From IMG/VR virus record IMGVR_UViG_3300030118_007016, positions 1-60,809 of that record: a DNA stretch of 60,809 nucleotides, one strand, 5' to 3'. Positions 58,819 to 60,809 of this stretch are shown here, in pieces. The stretch's first letter is position 1. Every line of letters starts with the position of its first letter. The stretch comes from a virus (lineage: Duplodnaviria; Caudoviricetes). The notes beneath the pieces are model-generated. The model saw only the letters and a list, made by a program, of their open reading frames with translations, was not told where the DNA came from and did no database searches. A program made the translations under genes and the position numbers.

Positions 58819-60809
58819 TTATTTGCTTTTGTTCATCCTTTGTGTTTTTCTTTTGGATGCCTCTTTTCTTTCCTTGGCATAATCATACGCTTTTTTGAGA
58901 CGTTTTTTAACCTTTGGGTCTTTTGCATTATTGTATGCAGCTCTAACTCTTTGGTGTATCAAGTTAATAATCTGTGATTGTCTTTTGTGTGACTTTGATT
59001 TAAAACTAGATTTTGAAAGAGTATCTCTAATATCAGTCACCGTGCTAAACTTTACAGAAACTGTATCAGACGGATCTTCGTCTGTATATAATCTTCGACC
59101 AGATCCTTTTGGTTTCTTGCCTGTCCCTTTCTTGGGATCTTTGCCTTCAGTTTGATATTTGTGGGCATCTTTTCTAGAGCGAGGAAACTTTATGTCATCA
59201 TGGCGATACTTCTTTTTTTTGATACTAATATGTATTCCCCCATAAGGGTAACTATTTTTATCTGTTCTTTTGGAGACACGTAAAGTTTGCTCTTCCTTGT
59301 CAGAAACTCCAACATCAAAATACAACTGTTCTATCGACCCACCAGAGCTTGTGGATATCTCCTGAAGATTCTGTCCGTCTTGGTGCATATGTGGTTCCAT
59401 ATATGGTTTGCCAGATTTTTTATTTTTCTTTTTCTTTCTTGGTTTAGCTCCGAGAGGTAAAGAATATCCAGCAACAGATCCTCCAGCCATGGAGGATATT
59501 TCTAAAATGCTTGTATTGACGACATATATTGTTTCATATCCTTCTTTAAACTGGGCAGGGTCCCACAATACATCAAAAGAGTTTGAAGCCTCTGATAAAT
59601 TAACTTCTGCGTATCCTATTGTGTCTATATCATATGAGTCTTGGCTTGATGTGTGCCATACAGAATCTTCATTAATGCTAAAGGCGTATACATACTTGCC
59701 CATACACTCAGCTATATACTTATTTAGCGTGAGATACATTGGCTCAAGACTTTCTCCCAGCTCTGTGTCTGTTCCAAAATACCATGTCTCTCCAACAATG
59801 CCTTCTTCCATTGCACCTCCAAAGCCGGGGGGTGCTGATTTAGCTCTATCCTTTGGGGGATCTATGTCATATGGCGCTCCGCCTTTCTTTTTTTCTCCCT
59901 TGGTAGACATTCTTTTTTTTGCGTGATCTTTTGCATAAAACTTCTGAATTGGTTCAATCTCGTTTAGCGCTTCATCGATTAGCCGAAAGAATAAGGGGAG
60001 GGCGACGTGCTCTTCAACTTCTTCAGTCTCGCCCTGTATACCTAACTTATCTAACACGTTTTCAGGATTAACTCCCCTTGGAATAAACTTATCTATATCA
60101 CCCTTTTCAATAGATGCTCTAAAATCCGTGGCGCTCAGCTCTTCACCTACCGGATCAAAAGCAAATTTCATTGGATCTAATACTGTAACACCCTCTTTCG
60201 CATATTGTTGGACATTTTTTGCAAATCTACTTTGATCTCCGCCTTTTGTGCTAGTACCAAGAATAACAAGTTCTCCGGGTTTTGCATCATCTTCAACATA
60301 CTGATAAGCAGATCTAACGGGAGAAGGGTGAGGTGACGGAATAACTTCAACATTATTTAAGTTCATAACATCGAAATAGTAGTTCCATATATCTATTGAA
60401 TTTTCTTGTGTAATATCTTTGCCACTTGGAGTCTGTCTTGCTTTTGGCGAAACCATAACAATAACACGATCAGCGTTATCAGAATAATGCTTTACCATGT
60501 CTAAGTGCCCTCGATGTGGAGGTTTAAATGCGCCGGGAACAATCGCCACAGTTTCAGTAGCACCCTGTGCTTCATCAACTCTTGGAATTTTAACACCAGC
60601 TCTGCCAAACCTAAACAATCCAAGGATTTGATTAATCGGAGCAAAGTTTCCAGTAAACTTATAAAGTTGACCATCATACTCAAATACAAAGCCTTCTGCA
60701 ACAGATGTAATATTATCTAAATGCTTTATTTTTTTGAGTTGTTTAGCCAAGATTTCATGTGCCATCTCTTGCCCCGGACCTTGGTATGCCTGAATAGATT
60801 TTATGGCTG
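58819..60809 (-). CDS. Multidomain protein with HxGH nucleotidyltransferase domain; 5' end beyond the right edge
   Basis: Frame stays open from 60765 to the window end. EGFVF...YKFTG segment, PGAFKPPHRGH...LSATDFR domain, ART-like segment, basic C-terminal module (LYTDEDP). Confidence 0.75.
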   Translation of the reverse strand, partial: AIKSIQAYQGPGQEMAHEILAKQLKKIKHLDNITSVAEGFVFEYDGQLYKFTGNFAPINQILGLFRFGRAGVKIPRVDEAQGATETVAIVPGAFKPPHRGHLDMVKHYSDNADRVIVMVSPKARQTPSGKDITQENSIDIWNYYFDVMNLNNVEVIPSPHPSPVRSAYQYVEDDAKPGELVILGTSTKGGDQSRFAKNVQQYAKEGVTVLDPMKFAFDPVGEELSATDFRASIEKGDIDKFIPRGVNPENVLDKLGIQGETEEVEEHVALPLFFRLIDEALNEIEPIQKFYAKDHAKKRMSTKGEKKKGGAPYDIDPPKDRAKSAPPGFGGAMEEGIVGETWYFGTDTELGESLEPMYLTLNKYIAECMGKYVYAFSINEDSVWHTSSQDSYDIDTIGYAEVNLSEASNSFDVLWDPAQFKEGYETIYVVNTSILEISSMAGGSVAGYSLPLGAKPRKKKKNKKSGKPYMEPHMHQDGQNLQEISTSSGGSIEQLYFDVGVSDKEEQTLRVSKRTDKNSYPYGGIHISIKKKKYRHDDIKFPRSRKDAHKYQTEGKDPKKGTGKKPKGSGRRLYTDEDPSDTVSVKFSTVTDIRDTLSKSSFKSKSHKRQSQIINLIHQRVRAAYNNAKDPKVKKRLKKAYDYAKERKEASKRKTQRMNKSK

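Noticed and set aside
59408-59926. 172-aa plus-strand ORF
   Set aside because: Codon-aligned shadow of the minus-strand multidomain gene.

Overview
AT-rich, very gene-dense 60.8-kb segment of a large (probably jumbo or huge) myovirus-type phage, read in the standard genetic code. Left half (1-30.7 kb, minus strand): a baseplate/tail module with a >1281-aa ORF running off the left edge (absent from the ORF track), a 3514-aa LamG-containing virion protein, a DNRLRE-like protein, T4 gp6- and gp25-like wedge proteins, a 2763-aa unknown, an HxH spike and an OB-fold+amidase hub. Middle (30.7-47 kb): a gp55-like sigma factor at the end of a 14-gene sugar-nucleotide/glycosyltransferase operon, plus a Cas4-like nuclease and a lethal-factor-like metalloprotease. 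Right: PIN-PhoH, a lipoprotein serine protease, ClpP, a CxxCH cytochrome-like protein, a tubulin/FtsZ GTPase, an SLT, YkuK, a Fis-like HTH protein, a Dam-type methylase, polyvalent proteins, four tRNAs and a tmRNA (tag ANTDTYSEYALAA). Best leads: (1) a candidate virion glycosylation system, pairing the GT operon with strong [S/T]-G-S enrichment in particular virion proteins; (2) an unannotated ~200-nt structured RNA with a boxA-like element upstream of the tmRNA; (3) an ACTAHTTA promoter-like motif, sometimes placed for leaderless mRNAs, matched to the phage sigma factor; (4) a ~120-aa module inserted four times into virion proteins. All family calls come from motifs read by eye; no database search was run.
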